A DNA stretch of 64,000 nt from contig JAPPPQ010000059.1 of the NCBI GenBank assembly GCA_028817435.1, forward strand, positions 6,315 to 70,314, in the 5' to 3' direction. Position 1 is the stretch's first letter. Each line of letters starts with the position of its first letter. The notes under the pieces are model-generated. The model worked only from the letters and a program-made list of their open reading frames with translations, was not told the origin of the DNA and did not search any database. This DNA is from Deltaproteobacteria bacterium (lineage in GTDB: Bacteria > Myxococcota_A > UBA9160 > UBA6930). Below are positions 18,621-27,086 of the stretch, one piece after another. Position numbers and translations under genes: made by a program.

Positions 18621-20275
18621 GTCGTCCTCCTTTCGTTGTGGAATTCGGCGTAGCGCTCGGCGACAAACCTCGCCAACCCCGGAATGTGCTCGGGTTCTCT
18701 CTGGATATTGCGCGACCATGCCAAAATCTGCGTGTTGCCGAATTGGCATTCGTGAAGCTTCACAGCAGATGACACATTGGGATGAGTCCTTTCTTCCCAA
18801 TTAAAAATGAAGCGATCCATTCCCTTCTTCACACCACTTCCGTTGACAATAACGAGGCGGTAGTGGCCTTGGCAAAGCTGCTGGTAGAGAAGCGGCGAGC
18901 CATCGTCGTCATCCATGAGCTTCTTGTGAATATCCCGGCGCTCCTCCTCGGATTCCCCAAGCTTGCTCCAACGGCGGGAAGTCGCCCACGGAGAGAGATC
19001 CAAATGGCAGGCGAGGTCCAGATAGCGGGCGTCGGGGCGAGCATCGGCGTAATAAGAGGCACGTGCTCCCGCTCGCAAAATGCAATCCAGCGGGAGAAAC
19101 CAATCGTAGGGCCGCTGCTCGAAATACCTGGCGCAGCCGTCGAGAATCATGGCCCCGTGATTGAAATCAAGGTCGCCATAGCTCAGCTCCTCGGACGGTT
19201 TTGAGAGCGATGTTAGCGTGGCAAGCCCGCGGTCTTCAGAGAATTCCCTGCTTGATGGGTTGAGGCTGACTGTCGCAACCGTCGCCCGCACGGGGTTGCC
19301 AAATGACACGACGGGCGTCGAGTCCGGGACGATCAGCCCTTCGCAACCCTCCGGCGGCGGAGCAGTTGCCTGCTCCAAGAGCCACTTAGGCCACTTCTTG
19401 CACGAATCCGTCATGTTGTCCTCCTTTCTCCCAGCGTAGGTTGCAACGAGTTCCTTTAGCGCTGGGATGTGACGCCTCGCGCCATGCTGACTCTGGATGT
19501 TACACGACCATGCCAGAAATTTCGTTTTGCCATATTTCCCCATATAGATGTCGGCTTTCGGCGGCCCTTCGAGGGGGCCCACCAGTGTCCAGTCTACGAG
19601 GCCGGAGTCTCGGAGCTGATTGATTACTGAAATTCCATTGACGATAACGAGGCAATAATTCATTTTCTGCAAATGCTTCGTGAGAAACGGTATGTCATCA
19701 CTCAAGAGTTCTGTGCGATGACTGTCGCCTAGCTCGCCCCAATTAGGCTTGGTCGCCCATTGAGCGAGATCCAAGTGGCAGGCAGTTCTGTTGAAGTAGG
19801 AGACTTCAAGCCCATCGCGCAAAATCTCATCCAGCGCATTGAACCAACCGTAGGGGTTTCGCTCGAAATATCCCGCACACTCGCCAATGATCTTCGCTCC
19901 GAGTTCCCTGGTGATTTCGTCGAAATTTCGGACTCCCAACCAAGGCAGCGTGGCAAGTCGGCGTCGCTCGCCCTCGAGCAGTGTGCCGCTACGGTCGAGA
20001 AACTCGCTGCAACTGGGGTTGATACCGAGCGTCGCAACCTTCGCATACGGATTTCCGAAAAACAAAACCGGCGTCGAATCCCTGACAATCACATCGTTGC
20101 AGCCCGGCGGCGGCGTGGAGCACGCACGCTCTACCATATACTCGGGCCACTCCGGGTGCGAATCCTTCATGTTTTCCCCCCTTTGCCGATTCATTTTTAT
20201 GATAATTTTCACCACCAAGCAAGCTGCTGCGATCACGAGGCAAGCTGCGGTGAGATACGCAAGGATTTTCAGCAA
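18617..20275 (-). CDS. Tandem two-domain uracil-DNA-glycosylase-superfamily protein (Brig1-like), with possible N-terminal TM
   Basis: Two ~250-aa homologous halves, each with PV..FGNP, AT..(I/L)NPS..EF, YFE..PY.WF, ACHLDL..WAT, VIVNG and LAWS.NIQ. Lower GC than the flanks. Alternative starts at 20170 and 19414. Confidence 0.75.
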   Translation of the reverse strand: MLKILAYLTAACLVIAAACLVVKIIIKMNRQRGENMKDSHPEWPEYMVERACSTPPPGCNDVIVRDSTPVLFFGNPYAKVATLGINPSCSEFLDRSGTLLEGERRRLATLPWLGVRNFDEITRELGAKIIGECAGYFERNPYGWFNALDEILRDGLEVSYFNRTACHLDLAQWATKPNWGELGDSHRTELLSDDIPFLTKHLQKMNYCLVIVNGISVINQLRDSGLVDWTLVGPLEGPPKADIYMGKYGKTKFLAWSCNIQSQHGARRHIPALKELVATYAGRKEDNMTDSCKKWPKWLLEQATAPPPEGCEGLIVPDSTPVVSFGNPVRATVATVSLNPSSREFSEDRGLATLTSLSKPSEELSYGDLDFNHGAMILDGCARYFEQRPYDWFLPLDCILRAGARASYYADARPDARYLDLACHLDLSPWATSRRWSKLGESEEERRDIHKKLMDDDDGSPLLYQQLCQGHYRLVIVNGSGVKKGMDRFIFNWEERTHPNVSSAVKLHECQFGNTQILAWSRNIQREPEHIPGLARFVAERYAEFHNERRTT

Positions 20276-20276
20276 A

Positions 20277-21803
20277 TTATCTGCTCCCCTCTCCCGGCCC
20301 CTGGCCGGGCGGGGGCAGTGTAGCGGCTTGGGCGCGGCGGGCTTGGAGGGCGGTGGTGATTTGGTGGTAGCGGGCGCGGGAGATGCGGTAGCGGGAGAGG
20401 AAGAACAGGTTGACGAAGTAGAAGAGGATGGGGCCGGGGGCGGCGACGATGCCGAGCAGGATGATGCTCTCGGGGCTGACGATGCTGCTTGCGTCTGCGC
20501 CCTGCGGCAGGCCGATCCAGTCCAGTGCGTATCCGCCCAGAAAGTTGCCGAAGCCCGATACCGCCTTGCCGGTGAAGGAAATAGCCGAGACGAAGACGCC
20601 CTCTTGCCGCTTGCCGGTTTCCAGTTCGTTCTCGTCCACGGTGTCCATAATCATCGAGCTCTGCAAAATGCCGATCATAATGGCGGCCAGCACCAGCACG
20701 CAGCCGTGAAAAGCCACCAGCCAGAACAGGCGCGGGTCGCCGTTTTGCGGCAGCCAGTCCAGAAAACGCAGCAGCACCATCATCGGCAGCCAGGTGCAGG
20801 CAAAGGCCATGAGCGAAAATGCAGTTCTGCGCTTGTCGGAGAGCTGGCTGAGCGGTTTGGCGAGCAGTGCGCCCGCAATGACGGGAAAGACCAGCATTCC
20901 GGTGATTGCGCCCAACTGCTCGTTGCTGAATTCCCAGAACCAGGTGCCCATGTGAGTCTCGAAAACTTCGCGCACGCCAATTCCAATCTGCAGAAACAGC
21001 GTGGCGAACACCAGCATTCGGTAGGAGCGGTTCTGCAGCGCGTTTGCGGCTTCTCCGGCGAAGCGCCGGAAGGAGAAGAAGGCGCTGCGCTGCGCCGGCT
21101 GCATCAGCCCGGGAATCAGCCGGCGCGTGCCCAGCGAGGAAATGAAAATGGCCGCCGCCACCACTACGCCGCAGAAGATTCCGAGCAGGTGGTAGTTGGA
21201 TACCTGGAAGCGCCCGTCAAAGCCGGTTGCGCTGTCCACAAACAAAAACTCCCAGCCGAACAGGGGGACGGAGAGCGCGCCGAACCAGCCCAGCATCCAG
21301 CGCCAGGAAACCAGCGTGGTGCGCCCGTCGTAGCTCCGGCTGATCTCCGGCCCCAGCGCGCTGCTCGGCACCATGTAGAGGGTGAGAAAGAAGCGCACGG
21401 CGACGGAGAAAAACACCAGCCAGGCAAAGAGCAGCCACTGCGGAAGCCCCGGCGGCGGCGCGAAGAGTCCGTAGAAGCAGAGCCCCATGGGCAGCGCCGC
21501 CGCAAACATGAAAGGATGCCGCCGCCCCAGTTTGGAGAGCAAGCTGCCCGGCCGCGCGCGGAAGTTGTCGGAGATGGAGCCCACCAGCGGGTCGGTGACA
21601 GCGTCCAGGCACAGTGCGATGAGCAGCGCAAAGCCGCTCCATTTGCCCGGCAGCCCCAGCACCGTGGTGTAGTAGAACAGCAGGAAGGCGTTGAATGCGC
21701 CGTTCTTCACGCCGTCGGCAATGGAGCCCGCGCCGTAGGCGGCCTGAATGCGGATGGGAATGCGCGCCGCCGCGCCCGCTTGGCTCACGGAGCTTCCGCT
21801 CAC
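20277..21803 (-). CDS. MFS transporter (glycoside-pentoside-hexuronide-like)
   Basis: AYGAG, DAVTDPLVGSISD..GRRHPF and GKRQEGVF motifs; many TM segments. Confidence 0.9.
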   Translation of the reverse strand: MSGSSVSQAGAAARIPIRIQAAYGAGSIADGVKNGAFNAFLLFYYTTVLGLPGKWSGFALLIALCLDAVTDPLVGSISDNFRARPGSLLSKLGRRHPFMFAAALPMGLCFYGLFAPPPGLPQWLLFAWLVFFSVAVRFFLTLYMVPSSALGPEISRSYDGRTTLVSWRWMLGWFGALSVPLFGWEFLFVDSATGFDGRFQVSNYHLLGIFCGVVVAAAIFISSLGTRRLIPGLMQPAQRSAFFSFRRFAGEAANALQNRSYRMLVFATLFLQIGIGVREVFETHMGTWFWEFSNEQLGAITGMLVFPVIAGALLAKPLSQLSDKRRTAFSLMAFACTWLPMMVLLRFLDWLPQNGDPRLFWLVAFHGCVLVLAAIMIGILQSSMIMDTVDENELETGKRQEGVFVSAISFTGKAVSGFGNFLGGYALDWIGLPQGADASSIVSPESIILLGIVAAPGPILFYFVNLFFLSRYRISRARYHQITTALQARRAQAATLPPPGQGPGEGSR

Positions 21804-23338
21804 GAAGCTGCGGAGTGCGCCTGCAGATGCGCGTCCCGCAGCTTCCGCTTGTCCACTTTGCCGGCTGCGCTGCGGCCGAGATCAGCGACGAACTCTGCGC
21901 TGCGCGGGCACTTGTAATGCGAGAGCCGCGCGCGGCACCATTGCACCAGCGCCTCGCCGCTCAATGTGCTGCCTGGGCGGCGCACCACCAGCGCGCGCAG
22001 CTCTTCGCCCATTTCGGCGTGCGGCACGCCGATGCAGGCTACATCCACCACATCGGGGTGCAGCGCCAGCACCTGTTCGCTTTCCGCCGGGTAAATGTTG
22101 ACGCCGCCCGAGATCACCATATCCGAGAAGCGGTCGGTGATATAGACGAAGCCCTCCTCATCTACATAACCAATCTCGCCCAGCGTGAAGACGCCCGGGC
22201 GCAGGTGCGCGGCGGCGGACTTTGCGGCGTCGTTGTGATAGACGACGCCGCGCCCGGTGCTGTCCCGGAAGTAGAGCCGCCCCTCAGTGCCCGGCGGCAG
22301 CGGCGCACCGGATTCATTCACCACCAGCGCCTCGAAGGGCGGGTTGGGGCGGCCCACCGAGCCGGGATGCGCCAGCCAATCTTTAGGGCCGATGCTGCAG
22401 GTGGTGCCCACTTCGGTGGCGCCGTAAGCCTCGTAAATGCAATCGCGCCACCATTCGAGCATGCGCCGCTTCACTTCTACGGGGCAGCGCGCGCCGGTGT
22501 GAAACACCAGCTTCAGGCTCGATACATCGAACTCTGCGCGCAGTTCTTCGGGAAGCTGCAGCAGGCGCACAAAATGCGTCGGCACCATTACGGTGGATTC
22601 GATGCGGTAGCGGGCGATGGCGCGCAGCGTGTTTTCGGCGTCGAAGCGGCCGAGCACCACCAGCGGCGCACCCCCGGCCAGGCAGCGCGACCCCGAGAGC
22701 GGCCCGGTGTGATAGAGCGGCCCCACCACCAAATGCGGCCCGAGCCGCGCGAAGGCGGTTTTGGCGAGCTGCGCCAGGTGTTCGTCCAAATCGCGCCCGG
22801 CGGCGAACATGGTGGGCGGCAACTCCGTGGCCTTCGGCCGCCCGGTGGTGCCGGAGGTGAACATGAGATTGGGGCGCGGCGGCAGATCCAGCGGCGGCGG
22901 CGCGGGCGAGGCGGCTTCGAGCCACTGGCGGAAAGAGCGCACCCCGGCAACGCCCTCGCAGTTCCAGCCGATTACCTGCGAAACCCCGGCCTGCCGCGCC
23001 GCCTCGACGCCGGCCTCGGCGGTTTCGGGACCCACAAAGAGCAATTGCGCGCCGGATTCGGAGAGGATGTAGGCGACTTCCGCCGGCGTCAGGTGGAAAT
23101 TCACCGGCACTGTGGAGGCGCTGGCGAGCAGGCCGCCCAGGTGGGCGAGCACCGTTTCGGCGTGGTTCTCGGCGAAGACGGCGACGCGGCGCGCTGCGCC
23201 GAGTTCGGTTTCGCGCAGCGCATTGGCCGCGCAGTTCAGTTGGCGGTCGAGCTCGGACCAGGTAAGGGCCTGCCGCGCATCGCGCAGCGCTACCTCTTCC
23301 GGGCGCTCGCGCGCCCGTTTGGCCGCAAACTCGGGCAC
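21800..23338 (-). CDS. Acyl-CoA synthetase (AMP-binding)
   Basis: FTSGTTGRPK, YEAYGATE, DMVISGGVNIYP and GKVDK motifs. Confidence 0.92.
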   Translation of the reverse strand: MPEFAAKRARERPEEVALRDARQALTWSELDRQLNCAANALRETELGAARRVAVFAENHAETVLAHLGGLLASASTVPVNFHLTPAEVAYILSESGAQLLFVGPETAEAGVEAARQAGVSQVIGWNCEGVAGVRSFRQWLEAASPAPPPLDLPPRPNLMFTSGTTGRPKATELPPTMFAAGRDLDEHLAQLAKTAFARLGPHLVVGPLYHTGPLSGSRCLAGGAPLVVLGRFDAENTLRAIARYRIESTVMVPTHFVRLLQLPEELRAEFDVSSLKLVFHTGARCPVEVKRRMLEWWRDCIYEAYGATEVGTTCSIGPKDWLAHPGSVGRPNPPFEALVVNESGAPLPPGTEGRLYFRDSTGRGVVYHNDAAKSAAAHLRPGVFTLGEIGYVDEEGFVYITDRFSDMVISGGVNIYPAESEQVLALHPDVVDVACIGVPHAEMGEELRALVVRRPGSTLSGEALVQWCRARLSHYKCPRSAEFVADLGRSAAGKVDKRKLRDAHLQAHSAAS

Positions 23339-23340
23339 GG

Positions 23341-24540
23341 TTACGCGGCTGCGCCCGGCTCTGCGGGCTCGTCCACCAGCGGCAGCCCCGCCATGCGCCG
23401 CAAGGTGCGGTGCATATTGATCAGCGAGGGCTCGTTGCGGCCGAAGGTGGTCCAGCGCTGCATTCCGCTGTTCAGATTCTTCTGCACCTGGGCGGAGACC
23501 CAGTAATCCTCCTGATCCACCACCGAGTAGATGTAGTCGAAGTGCTGCCTGCCGTGCTCCCGGCGCTCTTCGCTGTCCACGGGCTTGCGCAGATACAGGG
23601 TGTAGCGGGTGATGTGCTCGCCGACGGTTTCGCCGGGGAAGAGCTGGAAGAACTCCACCTCGTCCTGCGATACCAGCAGCGAGATGTTGGGGTAGATGTA
23701 ATGCACGAAGGAGAAGTATTGAAAGGGATCGCCCCATTCGGATTCGGGCTTGTGCGCCAGGCCCAGCACGGCCTTGCTCGGGAAGCCCAGCCGGTGGTGT
23801 TCGCCGTGCTTGCCGTAGCGGTCGTAGCTCATGCAGTTGGTGAGCGAAAACTGCCCCACGGTTTTCGCGTGCAGCGGGCCGAAGTGATAGCCCTCGCAGA
23901 AAGTGTCGAGGGCCAGCTTCCAATTGGTGGGCAGCCGCCACTCGCCGCTCTGAATGCGCGTGGCCTCGCCGAGCCGCCAGCCGCCCAGCTCCGGGCCGAG
24001 CTCGCCCAGGTGCTCGTCCACACTGAAGCCGGCTTCGGGATCGGGCGCGGCATAGATGAGGCCGTGCTTTTCCTCGCAGGGCAGGGGTTGCAATCCGTAA
24101 TCCTGCGCCGCAATGGGGCCGAAGCTCTGCGCCTTGAACACGGCTTGCAGCGCGCCGTCGAGCCCGTAGCGCCAGGCGTGATAGGGGCAGACAAAGCCGC
24201 CCTGGGGCAGCCGCCCGCTGCCGGAAACCAAGCGCGCGGCGCGGTGGGCGCAGGCGTTCACAAAGGCGCGCACGCCGCCATCCGCTTGCCGCACCACCAC
24301 CATGGGCACGCCGGTATCGTCGTGGGTGCGGTAAGAGCCGGGCTCGGGCAAATCGCCGCTGAGGCAGATGAGTTGGGGCGCGCGGCTGAAGATGCGCTGC
24401 TTTTCCAGCTCGAACTGCTGCGCATCGGTGTAGTTGGAGGTGGGATTGCGCCGCGCCCCGTCGGGGTGGCTGGCGGTGGTGCCGCTGGATGCGTAGTGCA
24501 CCAACTGCCGCAGCACTTCGAGCAGCTCTGCGTGTTCCAT
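23341..24540 (-). CDS. Rieske non-heme iron oxygenase alpha subunit
   Basis: NACAHR...CPYHAW Rieske motif; NWKLALDTFCEGYH...LH mononuclear Fe site. Confidence 0.92.
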   Translation of the reverse strand: MEHAELLEVLRQLVHYASSGTTASHPDGARRNPTSNYTDAQQFELEKQRIFSRAPQLICLSGDLPEPGSYRTHDDTGVPMVVVRQADGGVRAFVNACAHRAARLVSGSGRLPQGGFVCPYHAWRYGLDGALQAVFKAQSFGPIAAQDYGLQPLPCEEKHGLIYAAPDPEAGFSVDEHLGELGPELGGWRLGEATRIQSGEWRLPTNWKLALDTFCEGYHFGPLHAKTVGQFSLTNCMSYDRYGKHGEHHRLGFPSKAVLGLAHKPESEWGDPFQYFSFVHYIYPNISLLVSQDEVEFFQLFPGETVGEHITRYTLYLRKPVDSEERREHGRQHFDYIYSVVDQEDYWVSAQVQKNLNSGMQRWTTFGRNEPSLINMHRTLRRMAGLPLVDEPAEPGAAA

Positions 24541-24679
24541 GGGATCCTCCGCTGCGGCTCTGCGCTTTCCGGTTGCGGTGGGCCGATTTTGTGGCGGGCC
24601 GTGGGCTCCCGGCCGCCGCCCATGCTACCACGCTAGACTGCCCCGGCCCGCGCCGCCGCGGGAAAACGGGCGGGGGGCC

Positions 24680-25741
24680 ATGCCGGAACCGGGCCAGCAC
24701 TGCATTGAGATTGAGCGCCCCGCCGACGCGGTCTTCGATTTCGCCGCGGGGTTGCACAATGCCCCGCGCTGGCTGTCCGGCGTGCTGGAAGTTTCGCCCC
24801 TGGGCGCTGCGGGCGCGGGGCTTGCCTCGCCGTCCCGCGGCGGCCTGGCCCGGCCCGGCGGGCGCTATCAGGCGCGGCTGCGCCTGCCCGGTGGCGCGCA
24901 GCGGCTGTGCTTCCAGGTGGAGGCGCTGCTGCCCGGCGAGCTGATGGTGCTGCAGGCCGCTGCGCCGCTGCCGCTGCGCCTGCTGCTGCTGGTCAGGCCC
25001 AGCAGCGCCCGGCGCACGCGGGTTTGCTGGCGCTGCGAGCTGCCGCCGGGGCGGTTGCCCGAGCTGGCGCTGCTGGCCGCCCTGCGCGCCGTCGCCGAAT
25101 CTCGCTACGCCCACCGCAGCCTGCAGCGGCTGAAGCTGCTGATGGAGGTGGCGCCCAGCATGCGCGCCGCGCAGGTGCGCCGCTTCGGCCCGCCCTCCGA
25201 GGTGCTCGAAATTGCCCCCGCCGCGCCGCTGCCCGAGCCGGGGCCGCGGCAGGTGCTGGTGCGCGTAGCCGCCAGTTCGGTGAATCCCGCCGATCTGGCG
25301 CGCATAGCAGGCCGCGCGCCGCGCCTTTGGGGCCGCCCGGCGCTGCCGATGATCCCCGGGCGCAATGTGTCCGGCGTGGTGGTGGCTGCCGGCGCGCGGG
25401 CGCGGCGCTTTAAGGTGGGGGATGAGGTGTGGGGCGCCACCGGCCCGGCGGCGGGGGCCTGGGCCGAGTTCGCCGCCGCCGCCGAGCGCGCGCTGGCCCC
25501 GAAGCCCAAATCGCTCTCGGACGCAGAGGCCGCCGCGCTGCTGTCGGGCTTCGACGCGCCAAGCGGCGCGGCGCTGGCCAAAATTGGGCGGCAGGTGGAG
25601 GCGGGGCGCATTCGCCCGGAGGTGGAGCGCGTGCTGCCGCTGGCGCAGGTGGGCGAGGCCGCGGCCCATGTGGCCTCGCGCCGCGCCCAGGGCCTGGTGT
25701 TGTGGATTGAGCGCGGCAGCCCCCGGGTGGCCGTCGCCTGA
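24680..25741 (+). CDS. SRPBCC-like domain fused to a medium-chain dehydrogenase/reductase (GroES-like) domain lacking the Rossmann fold
   Basis: IEIERPADAVFDF...PRW (SRPBCC); VLVRVAASSVNPAD, FKVGDEVWG, GAWAEF; no GxxGxxG segment. Confidence 0.65.
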   Translation: MPEPGQHCIEIERPADAVFDFAAGLHNAPRWLSGVLEVSPLGAAGAGLASPSRGGLARPGGRYQARLRLPGGAQRLCFQVEALLPGELMVLQAAAPLPLRLLLLVRPSSARRTRVCWRCELPPGRLPELALLAALRAVAESRYAHRSLQRLKLLMEVAPSMRAAQVRRFGPPSEVLEIAPAAPLPEPGPRQVLVRVAASSVNPADLARIAGRAPRLWGRPALPMIPGRNVSGVVVAAGARARRFKVGDEVWGATGPAAGAWAEFAAAAERALAPKPKSLSDAEAAALLSGFDAPSGAALAKIGRQVEAGRIRPEVERVLPLAQVGEAAAHVASRRAQGLVLWIERGSPRVAVA

Positions 25742-25886
25742 TCCGCCCCTCATTTTTCGCTTGCGGGGGCTTGCGGGGCGCATTAGACTCGGCGGCGGGT
25801 GCGCCCCCATCGGAGTTGTCCATGCTTCTCACACTGGTCCACGGGCGTTACGAAGGCCGCTGCGGCCCGCGCGTCGGGGTGCGGGC

Positions 25887-27086
25887 GTGAAGCTGAACCT
25901 GCGCCGCCCCAAGCTGGTGATCCCCCTGCTGGTACTGGCGGGGGGCGCGGTGCTGAGCGCCGTGCTGTTCGCCACGGCCTCGGAGGTGCAGCGCGAATCG
26001 CTGCCCCAGTCGGTGCCGGCGGTGCGCGTGGTGGTGGCCGAGCCCCGCCCGGTGCGGCTGATGGTGCGCTCTCAGGGCACCGTGGCGCCGCGCACCGAGA
26101 GCGAGATTGTGGCCGAGGTCTCGGGGCCGGTGGTGTGGACCTCGCCCGCGCTGGTGGCCGGCGGCTTTTTCGAGGCGGATGCGCCGCTGCTGCGGCTGGA
26201 CCGGCGCGACTATCAGACGGCGCTGGCCAGGGCGCGGGCTGCCCTGGCCAGGGCGGATGGCGAGCGCACCCACGCCCGCGCCGCGCTGAAGCGCATTACC
26301 CGGCTGGCGCAGGGCGACATTGCCAGCCCCTCGCAACTGGACGACGCGCGCCGCACCGCGCGGGTGGCCGAGGCCGGGCTGCAGGAGGCCCGCGCCCAGC
26401 TGGATCAGGCGCGGCGCGATCTGGGCCGCACCGAAATCCGCGCGCCCTACAAGGGCCGCGTGCGCGAGGAGCATGTGGATGTGGGGCAATTTTTCGCGCG
26501 CGGCCAGTCCGTCGCCACCATCTACGCCACCGATTATGTAGAGGTGCGGCTGCCCGTTCCCGACCGCGATCTCGCCTATCTGGATTTGCCGCTCTTCGGC
26601 CCCGGCGCGCAAGATGCGCAGTCTGCCCCCGAGGTGCAGTTGCGCGCGGACTTCGCCGGCGCCGATCACGAGTGGGCCGGGCGCGTGGTGCGCACCGAGG
26701 GCGAAATTGACGCGCAGAGCCGCATGGTGCATGTGGTGGCGCGGGTGGAAGATCCCTACGGTGCGGCGGCGCGGGATCACGGCGCGCCGCTGGCGGTGGG
26801 CCTGTTTGTGCGCGCCGAAATTGCCGGGCCGCAGCGCGAAGATGTGGTGGTGCTGCCGCGCTCTGCCCTGCGCGACGACGGCAGCATTCTGGTGGTGGAT
26901 GGCGAAAGCCGCCTGCGCCGCCGCCCGGTGAAGGCGCTGCGCGTGGATCGCGAGCAGGCGCTGCTCTCCGGCGCAGAGCTGGCCGGGCTGCGCATTTGCA
27001 TTTCGCCGCCCCGCGCCTTTGTCGAGGGCATGCTGGTGCGCGTGGCGGACGCGCCGGAAGCGCCGGAAGCGGGGCCGCGCTCATGA
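25887..27086 (+). CDS. RND efflux periplasmic adaptor (membrane fusion protein)
   Basis: N-terminal TM; QGTV.PR..IVAEVSG, coiled-coil hairpin, IRAPYKG and GLFVRAEI. Confidence 0.9.
   Translation: MKLNLRRPKLVIPLLVLAGGAVLSAVLFATASEVQRESLPQSVPAVRVVVAEPRPVRLMVRSQGTVAPRTESEIVAEVSGPVVWTSPALVAGGFFEADAPLLRLDRRDYQTALARARAALARADGERTHARAALKRITRLAQGDIASPSQLDDARRTARVAEAGLQEARAQLDQARRDLGRTEIRAPYKGRVREEHVDVGQFFARGQSVATIYATDYVEVRLPVPDRDLAYLDLPLFGPGAQDAQSAPEVQLRADFAGADHEWAGRVVRTEGEIDAQSRMVHVVARVEDPYGAAARDHGAPLAVGLFVRAEIAGPQREDVVVLPRSALRDDGSILVVDGESRLRRRPVKALRVDREQALLSGAELAGLRICISPPRAFVEGMLVRVADAPEAPEAGPRS

Noticed and set aside
11556-25810. Very long N-terminal extensions in the ORF track (11556-14078, 13778-18100, 21800-25810) suggesting fusions
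   Set aside because: The extensions are Arg/Ala/Pro-rich out-of-frame or antisense read-through overlapping other genes; plausible starts lie at the domain boundaries.
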